A stretch of 64,000 nucleotides of DNA from Macrostomum hystrix. Lineage: Eukaryota; Animalia; Platyhelminthes. Below are positions 44,320 through 56,800 of this stretch, piece by piece (position 1 is the first letter of the stretch; each line of letters starts with the position of its first letter). The stretch covers positions 2,976,001 to 3,040,000 of the forward strand of contig CATNEN010000011.1 of NCBI GenBank assembly GCA_950097015.1, in the 5' to 3' direction. The notes beneath the pieces were generated by a model that saw only the letters and a list, made by a program, of their open reading frames with translations, did not search any database and was not told the origin of the DNA. Position numbers and translations under genes: made by a program.

Positions 44320-44710
44320 AGAGTGAGATTAGAGAGTAGAGAGTAAAGAGTGAGATTAGAGAGTAGAGAGTAAGGAGTGAGATTAGAGACTAGAGAGTAA
44401 AGAGTGAGATTAGAGAGTAGAGAGTAAAGAGTGAGACTACAGAGTAGAGATTGAAATCAGAGAGTGAGATGAGATAAGAGTAGTGAGTGAGATTAGAGAG
44501 TAGAGAGTGAGATTAGAGCATAGAGAGTGTGATTAGAAAGTAAGAGTGAGATGAGATGAGAGTAGTGAGTGAGATTAGAGAGTAGAGAGTGAGATTAAGA
44601 GGGTAGAGAGCGAAATTAGAGGGAAGAGAGAGAGAGAGAGAGTTGAGTGTGAGAGTATTGTGTTGAGAGTATGAGATTAGAGATTAGAGAGTGAGAGTGA
44701 GATTAGAGAT
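44320..44710. repeat. Degenerate GA-rich array (GAGTGAGATTAGAGAGTAGA)
   Basis: Direct inspection. Confidence 0.85.
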
Positions 44711-45364
44711 TAGAGGGTGGAGGAATTCAAGCAGGTTGCAACTCCGAGGTGCTAATGCCCCAGCCAATGTTCGCAGGGGCTCCTCTCATCCCTGTCAGGT
44801 CAGTCCCTGGGACAGTAGGGTAGTGTGGGGTGGAATTCCTCAAAGCCTCGACGGGGGATCCCAATTCATTTCCAATAGTCTAAGCGCCCATTGGTCGCCT
44901 ATCAGTGGAGTGGGGTGGGTGCGATCATCTCCGTGCAGGAAGTTCTGGTCAGTGCGCTATAAACTTGGCGCCGAGAAAAAATAGCTTTCGGTCCCTCTTT
45001 CCACTGCTGCTCCGCTCCGTCTGCTAAACTTGACTCTCGTGTCCCGTAAGATTCATCCCAGTCTTTGCAAACTCTTCTTTGCAAATGCCCGCAATTGTGG
45101 CAGAAATTTTACATTTATTTCTGATTGCTTAAGAAAGACATTTTTCCCGACCGGAATTCTCATCGATTTTATTTAAACGAAGTTAATCATTTGAAATATT
45201 TTGCTGTGCACAAGGATGAGACAGAGGAGACAGAGGAGGCATTGCCTACCATTTCGTTGTGTTCGCATTGTCAGTGAGTATTGAACCTGAATCAATAACT
45301 TTATTCTCGTATTCAGTTTGGAATCATGTAAAGGCTTCAGTATACTCAGGTTAGAAATGAGAGA

Positions 45365-45930
45365 AACTAAAAACTTCAGGATAAACTCAGATTAGGAATC
45401 AGGTAGACTAAAAACTTCAGGATAAACTCAGGTTCTTAATTAGATTAACTAAAAACTTCAGGAGAAAAACTCGGGTTAGGAATCAAGTAGATAAAAAACT
45501 TCAGGATAAACTCAGATTAGGAATCAGGTAGACTAAAAACTTCAGGATAAACTCAGATTAGGAATCAGGTAGACTAAAAACTTCAGGATAAACTCAGGTT
45601 CTTAATTAGATTAACTAAAAACTTCAGGATAAATTCAGATTAGGAATCAGGTAGACTAAAAACTTCAGGATAAACTCAGGTTCTTAGTTATTAGATTAAC
45701 TAAAAACTTCAGGAGAAAAACTCAGGTTATGAATCAAGTGGATAAAAAACTCAGGTTAGGAATCAGGTGGATAAAAACTTCAGGAAAAACTCAGGTTAGT
45801 AGTCAGATTAACTAAAAACTTCAGCAAAAAACTCATGTTTGGAATCCGGTAGATAAAAAACTTCAAGGAAAACTCAGGTTAGGAATAACTTTGACTAAAA
45901 ACTTCAGGAAACAACTCAGGTCAGAAATCA
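45365..45930. repeat. ~40-bp array (AAAACTTCAGGATAAACTCAGATTAGGAATCAGGTAGACTA)
   Basis: Direct inspection. Confidence 0.85.
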
Positions 45931-46484
45931 GGTAGATTAAAAACTTCAATGAGAGGTGCATAAGCATCTTGCAGTGATTTACTTGGCCCAGAAGTGAATC
46001 GCTACAGACCGTACGGGCACCGTGTATCATGTGGCCGTACATATACGCATATATGTGTATATATAGATTCCATACATTTGTCTTCCATCTCAATTCTAGC
46101 TTGGCCCCTGTCCCTCTAATAGCATTACAAGTCCCAGCCGTCCATGCTAGCCTCGTCTCTTCATTCCTCAGTCCTTGCCGCCTCGCCGCTCGCTGGCCTG
46201 TGGAAAACGACTAGAAATAAAGAGATGAAATGGGACGGCACTCTGATTTGCATAAGCCCCCACCAACCTACCCCAGTTATCTGCTAGTTGCAATCTTTCA
46301 GATTTCGCAGCTCAGCAATGTTCCACTGCAGTGAGCCAGAAAATTTTCGCGATTCGGCGACACAGCTTCTGCGGGCAAGATTTTTGTCTCAAATATGATT
46401 TGTCAGTTGAGCAATCAGTGCTACTGCAAAATTAAACTGCTTGTTACAGTGTTCAGATATTTTCAACATGTATCCAGCGAAAGT

Positions 46485-47120
46485 TCAGGTACTCAGGTTA
46501 GGATTCAATGATAACTTCAGGTACTCAGGTTAGGATTCAATGATAACTTCAGGTAATCAGGTTAGTATTCGATAACTTCAGGTACTCAGGTTAGTATTCA
46601 ATGATTACTTCAGGTACTCAGGTTAGCATTCGATAAATTCAGGTACTCAGGTTAGTATTCGATAACTTCAGGTACTCAGGTTAGTATTCGATAACTTCAG
46701 GTACTCAGGTTAGGATTTGATGATAACTTCAGGTACTCAGGTTAGTATTCAATGATTACTTAAGGTACTCAGGTTAGTATTCGATAACTTCAGGTACTCA
46801 GGTTAGGATTCGATGATAACTTCAGGTACTCAGGTTAGTATTCAATGATAACTTCAGGTACTCAGGTTAGGATTTGATGATAACTTCAGGTACTCAGGTT
46901 AGTATTCGATAACTTCAGGTACTCAGGTTAGGATTTGATGCTAACTTCAGGTACGCAGGTTAGGATTTGATGATAACTTCAGGTACTCAGGTTAGTATTC
47001 AATGATTACTTCAGGTACTCAGGTTAGTATTCGATAACTTCAGGTACTCAGGTTAGGATTTGATGATAAATTCAGGTACTCAGGTTAGGATTTGATGATA
47101 ACTTCAGGTACGCAGGTTAT
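46485..47120. repeat. ~29-32-bp array (ATAACTTCAGGTACTCAGGTTAGTATTCG)
   Basis: Direct inspection. Confidence 0.9.
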
Positions 47121-47589
47121 TTAACGGGACAAAAAGTTTTTCTTCAGAAATGTTTTAGTCAGAAAATATCACTGTCGTTTCTCAGTAATATTTTCAATGG
47201 CTTGTTGCTCTAAGCCTCTACGCTCGTAAATGATGTCAGTTTTGACTAGATGAAATTTTCACTGTCGCTCAACTGTCGCCTCTTCATTTTCTTGAACAGA
47301 ACACTTCTGAGTGCACTTGAAAGCGAAAACCGTTTTTCTTATTTTTTTCAACCATTCAGAACGGTGTGAAATGACTGAGGCAGAAACGGCAGTCACCTGT
47401 GTTATTCTTAGTCTAATGCCGGTTCTGAACATTTTTTTAAAAATATTTCCTTTCAAAGAGAATGAAAGGAAAGTCACTTCAGTGGCACTTGACCAATTTG
47501 TATAAGTCCAGCTCGGAAATTGACGTGATTTTAGACTCGAATGACCCTGAAGTGTTCCATGGCGATTGACAAATGATTAGGTCAGGAGA

Positions 47590-48460
47590 AGAATGGGTCA
47601 GGTGCAGAATGGGTCAGGCACAAAATGGTCAGGCACAGAATGGGTCAGGTGCAGAATGGGTCAGGCACAGAATGGGTCAGGTGCAGAATGGGTCAGTTGC
47701 AGAATGGGTCAGGCACAGAATGGTCAGGTGCAGAATGGGTCAGGTGTAAAATGGGTCAGGTGCAGAGTGGGTCAGGTGCAGAATGGGTCAGGCACAGAAT
47801 GGGTCAGGTGCAGAATGGGTCAGGCACAGAATGGGTCAGGTGCAGAATGGGTCAGGCACAGAATGGATCAGGTGCAGAATGGGTCAGGTGCAGAGTGGGT
47901 CAGGCACAGAATGGTCAGGTGCAGAATGGGTCAGGCACAGAATGGGTCAGGCACAGAATGGGTCAGGTGCAGAATGGGTCAGTTGCAGAATGGGTCAGGC
48001 ACAGAATGGTCAGGTGCAGAATGGGTCAGGTGTAAAATGGGTCAGGTGCAGAGTGGGTCAGGCACAGAATGGTCAGGTGCAGAATGGGTCAGGCACAGAA
48101 TGGGTCAGGTGCAGAATGGGTCAGGCACAGAATGGGTCAGGTGCAGAATGGGTCAGGCACAGAATGGGTCAGGTGCAGAATGGGTCAGGCACAGAATGGA
48201 TCAGGTGCAGAGTGGGTCAGGCACAGAATGGTCAGGTGCAGAATGGGTCAGGCACAGAATGGGTCAGGTGCAGAATGGGTCAGGTGCAGAGTGGGTCAGG
48301 CACAGAATGGTCAGGTGCAGAATGGGTCAGGCACAGAATGGGTCAGGTGCAGAATGGGTCAGGCACAGAATGGGTCAGGCACAGAATGGGTCAGGTGCAG
48401 ATTAGGTCAGGCACAGAATGGGTCAGGTGTAAAATGGGTCAGGTGCAGAGTGGGTCCTTG
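47590..48460. repeat. 16-bp array (CAGAATGGGTCAGG(TG/CA))
   Basis: Direct inspection. Confidence 0.95.
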
Positions 48461-49699
48461 GAAATGAAGCCATCTTTTTGTCTGAAGGAACTGAATGTTG
48501 AATTCCCATAAGATGTTCGGTTTATATTCGCTAACCTTTCGGTAGGCACAATGCCGTCTGTAAGTACTGTCTAAATAATGAAAACTTTATTCCAATCGCT
48601 ATCGCGACTTGCCAGCCTGTCAAAAATGTCAATCAAAATGCAGACCAAATCTAAATATGTACGTCTAGCCTGATGGTGATTAGTTTTGCTGAACAGTATA
48701 TTTAAACTCGTCCTATTTTTTGCACAACGCACTTGCTTCAGCAACTCCTTCTCTGCCAGTCATGTTTGGCAGCCCTATCTGTACCCATCTTTCCTTAAGA
48801 TGCACATCAGTCTACAGTGTACAGTTGGCACTGTTTACCATAGCAACAGGCCGTAAGGGTTAGGTGTTTCTGGTCGGGTTCTGACAGCTAGGATGCTTAC
48901 TGCACACCACCGCAAAGCTTCGATTGGTAAGAATCTGCTTATGAGAGAAAAGAAATAGCCTATAGGTATATGGCTGCCGCTGCCGCTGCTGCTGCTGATG
49001 CCGCTGCTGCGTCAGTCGACCGAAATCAGAAGCATTCGCCTCCCCAGCCCCAATCGAAATGCGGTTATGTCTGGTCGGCCCTACAAAAAATTCCCCCCTC
49101 TGTAGAGAGCTGAAGCAGATTTTTTCGGGGCAAAAAACCGAAATCGCTCTTCAACCTGCCCCGGGACCAACAGCTATCTCCCCTTCCTGTCTTCCCTCTT
49201 TCGCTGGCCCCTCTCTCAATCTAGTTTCCCCTATAAGCCAGCCCCCGCTGCTAGGGATTTCGACTGCCATTGGGAGATTATTTGGGCCACCTAGAAGACG
49301 TGGCTAATCCCCCCCGCACAGTGGCAGGGATCAAAGCTAGTCATCATGATACCCTGCGGCCAGCACTGAGGGCCATCAGTTTCTGTCAGTGTCTGATCGG
49401 CGCACTGCTCACTTTAATTTGCTTCTCTCTGGCTTCATCTTTTCTCTTTTGCTTTTGGCTGGCACCAGTTTCAGGGTGAGAAATCGGAAAGAGAGGACAA
49501 TGGATAAAATAAATGGGAAGAATTTAAGAATTAAGATGATCAACGAAATGGGAGAATAAAAAAAAGAGGAAATGCGAGTTTTTAGGGATGGGAAGAATTG
49601 AGAAAAGGGGAGATTTAAGAGAAGCAGAGAAAAAAATTGGATATTTCCAAGAAGAGGAAAATCAAGAAAAGGTGAGAATTAAAAAGGGAGGGTTGGAGA

Positions 49700-50480
49700 A
49701 ATTCGAGAATTGATAAAAGGGGAGAATTAAAAAAGAGGAAGGATTTGAAAGGGGAGAATTAAAAAAGAGGATGGATTTGAAAGGGGAGAATTGAGAAAAT
49801 GGGAGATTTTAGAGGTGAGAATTGAAAAAAAGGAGATTTGAGGCATGGGGAGAATTGATAAAATGAGAGATTTGAGGGAAGGGGAAAATTGATAAAATCG
49901 GAGATTTGAGGGAAGGGGAGAATTGATAAAATGAGAGATTTGAGGGAAGGGGAGAATTGATAAAATGAGGTATTTGAGGGAAGGGGAGAATTGATAAAAT
50001 GGGAGATTTGAGGGAAGGGGAGAATTGAAAAAAGGAGATTTGAGGCATGGGGAGAATTGATAAAATGAGAGATTTGAGGGAAGGGGAGAATTAAAAAAAT
50101 GGGAGATTTGAGGGAAGGGGAGAATTGATTAAATCGGAGATTTGAGGGAAGGGGAGAATTGATTAAATCGGAGATTTGAGGGAAGGGGAGAATTGAAAAA
50201 AGGAGATTTGAGGCATGGGGAGAATTGATAAAATGAGAGATTTGAGGGACAGGAGAATTGATAAAATGGGGGATTTGAGGGACAGGAGAATTGATAAAAT
50301 GGGGGATTTGAGGGAAGGGGGAATTGAAAAATGGGAGATTTGAGGGAAGGGGAGAATTGATAAAATGAGAGATTTGAGGGAAGGGGAGAATTGATAAAAT
50401 GGGGTATTTGAGGGAAGGGGAGAATTGATAAAATGGGAGATTTGAGGGAAGGGGAGAATTGATAAAAGGGGAGATTTAGT
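49700..50480. repeat. 34-bp purine-rich array (GGGAGATTTGAGGGAAGGGGAGAATTGATAAAAT)
   Basis: Direct inspection. Confidence 0.9.
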
Positions 50481-50500
50481 GACGCCTGAGAACACGCCAG

Positions 50501-50885
50501 GCTCCACTACGCCCCACGCACCCTGCCAGCTACCGTCCTGTCGCTCAGCTTGGCTCTGGCGGCATTTGTCGCAGTCGCCGAGGCCACAGACTCCTCAGCG
50601 TCGGACCGGTCGAAGCCGAAGGCCAGTCCGCTGGCCCTGAATATGGCGGAGAAGAACCTCATCAAGGCGCTGCTCAGCGAGTACGACAAGAAGAGCCGCC
50701 CGGTCATCGACGACGATCCGGCGGACGGTGGCACACCAAAAATCGATCGGCCCAAGAATAAGGGCAACAATGCGTCCACGATACCCATCCAGCAGGTTAC
50801 GGTGGAGTTCGGCCTTCAGCTGGTGCAGATTCTGGATCTGGACGAGATGGAACAGGTGCTCACCACCAGCATGATAGCGCTATAC
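50501..50885 (+). CDS. nAChR exon (signal peptide to beta2 strand)
   Basis: [16 protein letters not shown]...[30 protein letters not shown]|GTGAGT. The 5' boundary is uncertain (AG at 50490 or 50500). Confidence 0.85.
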
Positions 50886-53800
50886 GTGAGTCTAACGTCT
50901 TTCTAACTATTGTGTCTAACAGGGTGTCTAACAGTTGTGTCTAATAGTTGTGTCTAACAGTTGTGTCTAACAGTTGTGTCTAACAGTTGTGTCTAACAGT
51001 TGTGTCTAACAGTTGTGTCTAACAGTTGTGTCTAAAATTTTTGTCTAACAGGGTGTGTAACAGATGCGCCTAACAGTGTGTGTAACAGATGTGCCTAACA
51101 GGGTGTGTAACAGATGTGTCAAAGAGGTTGTTTTCCTAACTCCTAACTCTTGGTAATTATGTTTATAATCTATAATCTTTAAGTGTCCCTATTGTTGCTA
51201 TGCGGTTGACAACGGATGTTTTGTAAAGCATTATTGAACAGAAAAATTCAAGTATTCTATTGAACTTGGTATTATAAATAGAGCACTAAGCATGATTGAC
51301 ACCTTATAGTGGGTTTTTGACTTGACTTGTACTCGTAAGCTAGTTATTTCCAATCTATTCACGCCTCTAATTGTAAAGCTCTGGTTAAGTATCACAATGA
51401 AGAAAAGTTATATTTAGTACGAATTCACACTCAATAATAGATTTAGATTAATTCTGAATACGATTTGACTACATTGTCAGTTAAGATTAACAAATAGTGT
51501 TTTTGGTTCCAGCCATATAGTATAGGAATAAAAATCAATCAGAAAATAAATAACTGATTTAGTTCGCATTGATTGATTGACATTTCGGCAGATTATGAGT
51601 GGTTAACTCAACGAGTAGTTAACCCTGATGCTGTCAGTGGTGTAAAGTTTAGGACACTTGCGAGCTGGATTGATGGCGAGGGGAGAAAGATGGAAGGAGG
51701 GGAGAAAGATGGAAGGAGGGGAGAAAGATGGAAGGAGGGGAGAAAGATTGAAGGAGGGGAGAAAGATGAAAGGAGGGGAGAAAGATGGAAGGAGGGGAGA
51801 AAGATGAAAGGAGGGGAGAAAGATGGAAGGAGGGGAGAAAGATGGAAGGAGGGGAGAAAGATGAAAGGAGGGGAGAAAGATGGAAGGAGGGGAGAGAGAT
51901 GAAAGGAGGGGAGAAAGATGGATGGAGGGACGGGTGCGAGAGTGTTGAAGTACCTTGAATGATTTTATCCCAAATTAGGAAATTTGGACCTCATTTCCAG
52001 ACAGCCCTGTCAAACTCTAAACGCACTGTCGAACTGTGAAATCGAATAATTGAAAGTTGTAACCATGTCAGTCCTGCATTGGCTTGCTCTGTGGCGCCTG
52101 TTCTGCAACTCGTCAGGAACTAAACCTGTTTCTAGGAAATGAAGATGGAAATGAGATTGAGCTTGGCCTCAGAGAGACGAAACAGGGACAGACAAGGAAC
52201 TTGCTGCTAGCGAGTCAGCCTGTGTCTATAGTCTGGGGGGATATTTCCAGAGGCCTCCTAGAGATGAGCCTCCTAGTTGGGTTGTGACGCGAGGCGATGT
52301 GAGAAATTCTTCAAGAAAAAAAACCTAGAAGCGAGAAGCGAGAGGGACAATCTCCGTGTTGAGCTGGGATGAGACTGCCGGATGAGCTGGGAAATATGCA
52401 AATCACGGAGCTGCTGCTGCTGCTGCTGCTGCTGCTGCAGTTTCTGTTGTTGTCTAATGCACAACGGCTCTTGGCAGCTTAATAATGCTATCACGCACCG
52501 CGGCTGAGATGCTTCAGGGCTCGGATTTGCCAGTGATCCGCGCTGTTTTTCTCGTCTTCTCCTGCAAGTGGGAAGAGAGAGGAATTGAGAAGAGAACTCG
52601 GCAAAAACTGAGGCTGACTTTGAGAGTGACTGACATTATTTTATTATTATATTTGCCGAGGGGGCTATGGGCACGGGCAATGAATGGCGCATCGTTTAAC
52701 AGAGTGAGTGAAATTTTGAGGTACAGATTGAGTGACAGAGTGAGTGACAGAGTCAGTGACAGTGTGAGTGACAGAGTGAGTGACAGAGTGAGTGATAGAG
52801 TCAGTGACAGAGTGAGTGACAGAGTGAGTGATAGAGTGAGTGATAGAGTCAGTGAAAGAGTGAGTGACTTACAGAGTGAGTGAAATTGTGAGTGACAGAG
52901 TGAGTGACAGAGTGACTTACAGAGTGAGTGACAGTGTGAGTGACAGAGTGAGTGACAGAGTGACTTACAGAGTGAGTGAAAGAGTGAGTGACAGTTTGAG
53001 TGACAGGGTCAGTGAAAGAGTGAGTGACAGAGTGACTGACAGAGTCATTGAAAGAGTGAGTGACTTACAGAGTGAGTGAAATTGTGAGTGACAGAGTGAG
53101 TGACAGAGTGACTTACAGAGTGAGTGACAGTGTGAGTGACAGAGTGACTTACAGAGTGAGTGAAAGAGTGAGTGACAGTTTGAGTGACAGAGTCAGTGAA
53201 AGAGTGACTGACAGAGTCAGTGAAAGAGTGAGTGACAGAGTCAGTGAAAGAGTGACTGACAGAGTCAGTGAAAGAGTGAGTGACAGAGTGACTGACAGAG
53301 TCAGTGAAAGAGTGAGTGACAGAGTGACTGACAGAGTCAGTGAAAGAGTGAGTGACAGAGTGACTGACAGAGTCAGTGAAAGAGTGACTGACAGAGTGAG
53401 TGACAGAGTGACTGACAGAGTCAGTGAAAGAGTGACTGACAGAGTCAGTGAAAGAGTGACTGACAGAGTGAGTGACAGAGTGACTGACAGAGTCAGTGAC
53501 AGAGTGACTGACAGAGTCAGTGAAAGAGTGAGTGACAGAGTGACTGACAGAGTCAGTGAAAGAGTGACTGACAGAGTGACTGACAGAGTCAGTGAAAGAG
53601 TGACTGACAGAGTCAGTGAAAGAGTGAGTGACAGAGTGACTGACAGAGTCAGTGACAGAGTCAGTGAAAAAGTGAGTGACAGAGTGACTGACAGAGTGAG
53701 TGACAGAGTGACTGACAGAGTCAGTGACAGAGTCAGTGAAAAAGTGAGTGACAGAGTGACTGACAGAGTGACTGACAGAGTCAGTGAAAGAGTGACTGAC

Positions 53801-56800
53801 AGAGTCAGTGAAAGAGTGACTGACAGAGTCAGTGAAAGAGTGAGTGACAGAGTGACTGACAGAGTCAGTGACAGAGTGACTGACAGAGTCAGTGACAGAG
53901 TGAGTGACAAATTGAGTGACAGATTGAGTAGCAGAGTGAGTGAAATTGTGAGGTAAAAATTGAGTTACATAGTGAGTGACAGTTTCATGAACTCAGCGAG
54001 GGGCTAAGGGATATAGTAAAGCAATTGTGTCTCAAACTGTGCTTAAAGAACTTTCCGACACAAAAAACGAACTCAAAATTCGCATCGTTTTGCAAGAAAT
54101 GATCACTAAAAAGCACTCCAAGATAAAATATTGATAGATAGTTGAATGAAATCGGCAACAAAATCATCTTCATTTATCAGTCGGGTGGGAATAATTTCTT
54201 TCCTAGAAAGCAGCCGTCAGAAGCAGCACTAGCGCGTCACTCTCAGCACCTCTCGCTGACTATTTGATGAGATAACACATTCGTGCGGGTTTTGCCACTG
54301 CTAAAAGCAATACGCAGAATCTTGGGTATCGAAAGATCTCTCAGCTTTACTAAAACCCCCAAGCTTAATTGTTGATCGATTGGACAAACTTAAAACTGTT
54401 GGCCCATTTCCTTATGCGTTATTTGCATCTGTTGATTGCATTCATAAGGATTTCTTCGTCATAAATTATATGTTTGTCTTGTGTCAACTAGAACAGAAAT
54501 ATGACAGTTTTGTCTAACATGTTCTCAGCTCAACTAGAACAAGAATCAGTCAGTTCTGTCTAACATGTTCTCAGCTCAACTAGAACAAGAGTCAGTCAGT
54601 TCTGTCTAACATGTTCTCAGCTCAACTAGAACAAGAGTCAGTCAGTTCTGTCTAACATGTTCTCAGCTCAACTAGAACGAGAACCAGTCAGTTCTGTCTA
54701 ACATGTTCTCGGCTCAACTAGAACAAGAATCAGTCAGTTCTGTCTAACATGTTCTCAGCTCAACTAGAACGAGAACCAGTCAGTTCTGTCTAACATGTTC
54801 TCAGCTCAACTAGAACAAGAGTCAGTCAGTTCTGTCTAACATGTTCTCAGCTCAACTAGAACAAGAGTCAGTCAGTTCTGTCTAACATGTTCTCAGCTCA
54901 ACTAGAACGAGAACCAGTCAGTTCTGTCTAACATGTTCTCAGCTCAACTAGAACAAGAATCAGTCAGTTCTGTCTAACATGTTCTCAGCTCAACTAGAAC
55001 AAGAATCATTCAATTCTGTCTAACATGTTCTCAGCTCAACTAGAACAAGAATCAGTCAGTTCTGTCTAACATGTTCTCAGCTCAACTAGAACAGGAATCA
55101 GTCAGTTCTGTCTAACATGTTCTCAACTCAACTAGAACAGGAATCAGTCAGTTCTGTCTAACATGTTCTCAGCTCAACTAGAACAAGAATCAGTCAGTTC
55201 TGTCTAACATGTTCTCAGCTCAACTAGAACAGGAATCAGTCAGTTCTGTCTAACATGTTCTCGGCTCAACTAGAACAAGAATCAGTCAGTTCTGTCTAAC
55301 CTGTACTTTCTTAACATTCATAGATAATCCGCATTTTCCTGTCCTTAGGAATGGACGGATTATCACCTGCGCTGGGACCCAAAGAATGAGAGCGGCATTG
55401 AAGTTCTTCACATACCTACGAAGGACATCTGGCTACCGGATATCGCTTTATACAACTAGTAAGTTTGTGATTATCGGATAAATTTGAAACAGAGAAAGTG
55501 TCTGTCTGTAGTTAAAACCGGTTCTCATCTAGCCCAGTCATTCATAGCCTAGCTGAGATTGACTTAACCGATGTGAAAAAAATTAGCCGCGTGACCCTCT
55601 CGAAGTCACGTGATCCACTTGTCCGACTTAAATAATTAATTTGGAATGCTAAAATTGTATAGTGTATTTTGAGCGGTATTGCATATGGCCAAAGTGAAAT
55701 TAGGATACCTACTATCAACTAAAGGTGCATGTATGAGGACTATTGGGAATGGAGTTTATATAATCCCTTTGGTAAAACATCAGGGCACAGGGTACTGGCT
55801 GTCTCCTTGACCATTGTCCAGCATAGATTAGGTCAACATTTTTATTGGCTGTATCAATTTATTTATTTATCTTAGCTGTGATATAATTTATTTATTAGAA
55901 GCTGGGAACTGATCACAGATCATAAATAGTTTGACAATGAGATAATAAGAGTTCAGTAATAAGCATTCAATGACTGGATAAAAAATAAACATATGACTAT
56001 GATAGGTAGACCACGACACAATGAGAAGTAGACCACGGCACAATGAGAAGTAGACCACGACACAATGCGAAGTAGACCACGACACAATGAGAAGTAGACC
56101 ACGACACAATGAGAAGTAGACCACGACACAATTAGAAGTAGACCACGACACAATGCGAAGTAGACCACGACACAATGAGAAGTAGACCACGACACAATGC
56201 GAAGTAGACCACGACACAATGAGAAGTAGACCACGACACAATGAGAAGTAGACCACGACACAATGCGAAGTAGACCACGACACAATGAGAAGTAGACCAC
56301 GACACAATGAGGAGTAGACCACGACACAATGAGAAGTAGACCACGACACAATGAGAAGTAGACCACGACACAATGAGAAGTAGACCACGACACAATGAGA
56401 AGTAGACCACGACACAATGAGAAGTAGACCACGACACAATGATAAGTAGACCACGACACAATGAGAAGTAGACCACGACACAATGAGAAGTAGACCACGA
56501 CACAATGAGAAGTAGACCACGACACAATGAGGAGTAGACCACGACACAATGAGGAGTAGACCACGACACAATGAGGAGTAGATCATGACACAATGAGGAG
56601 TAGATCATGACACAATGAGAAGTAGACCACGACACAATGAGAAGTAGACCACGACACAATGAGGAGTAGACCACGACACAATGAGGAGTAGACCACGACA
56701 CAATGAGAAGTAGACCACGACACAATGAGAAGTAGACCACGACACAATGAGAAGTAGACCACGACACAATGATAAGTAGACCACGACACAATGAGGAGTA

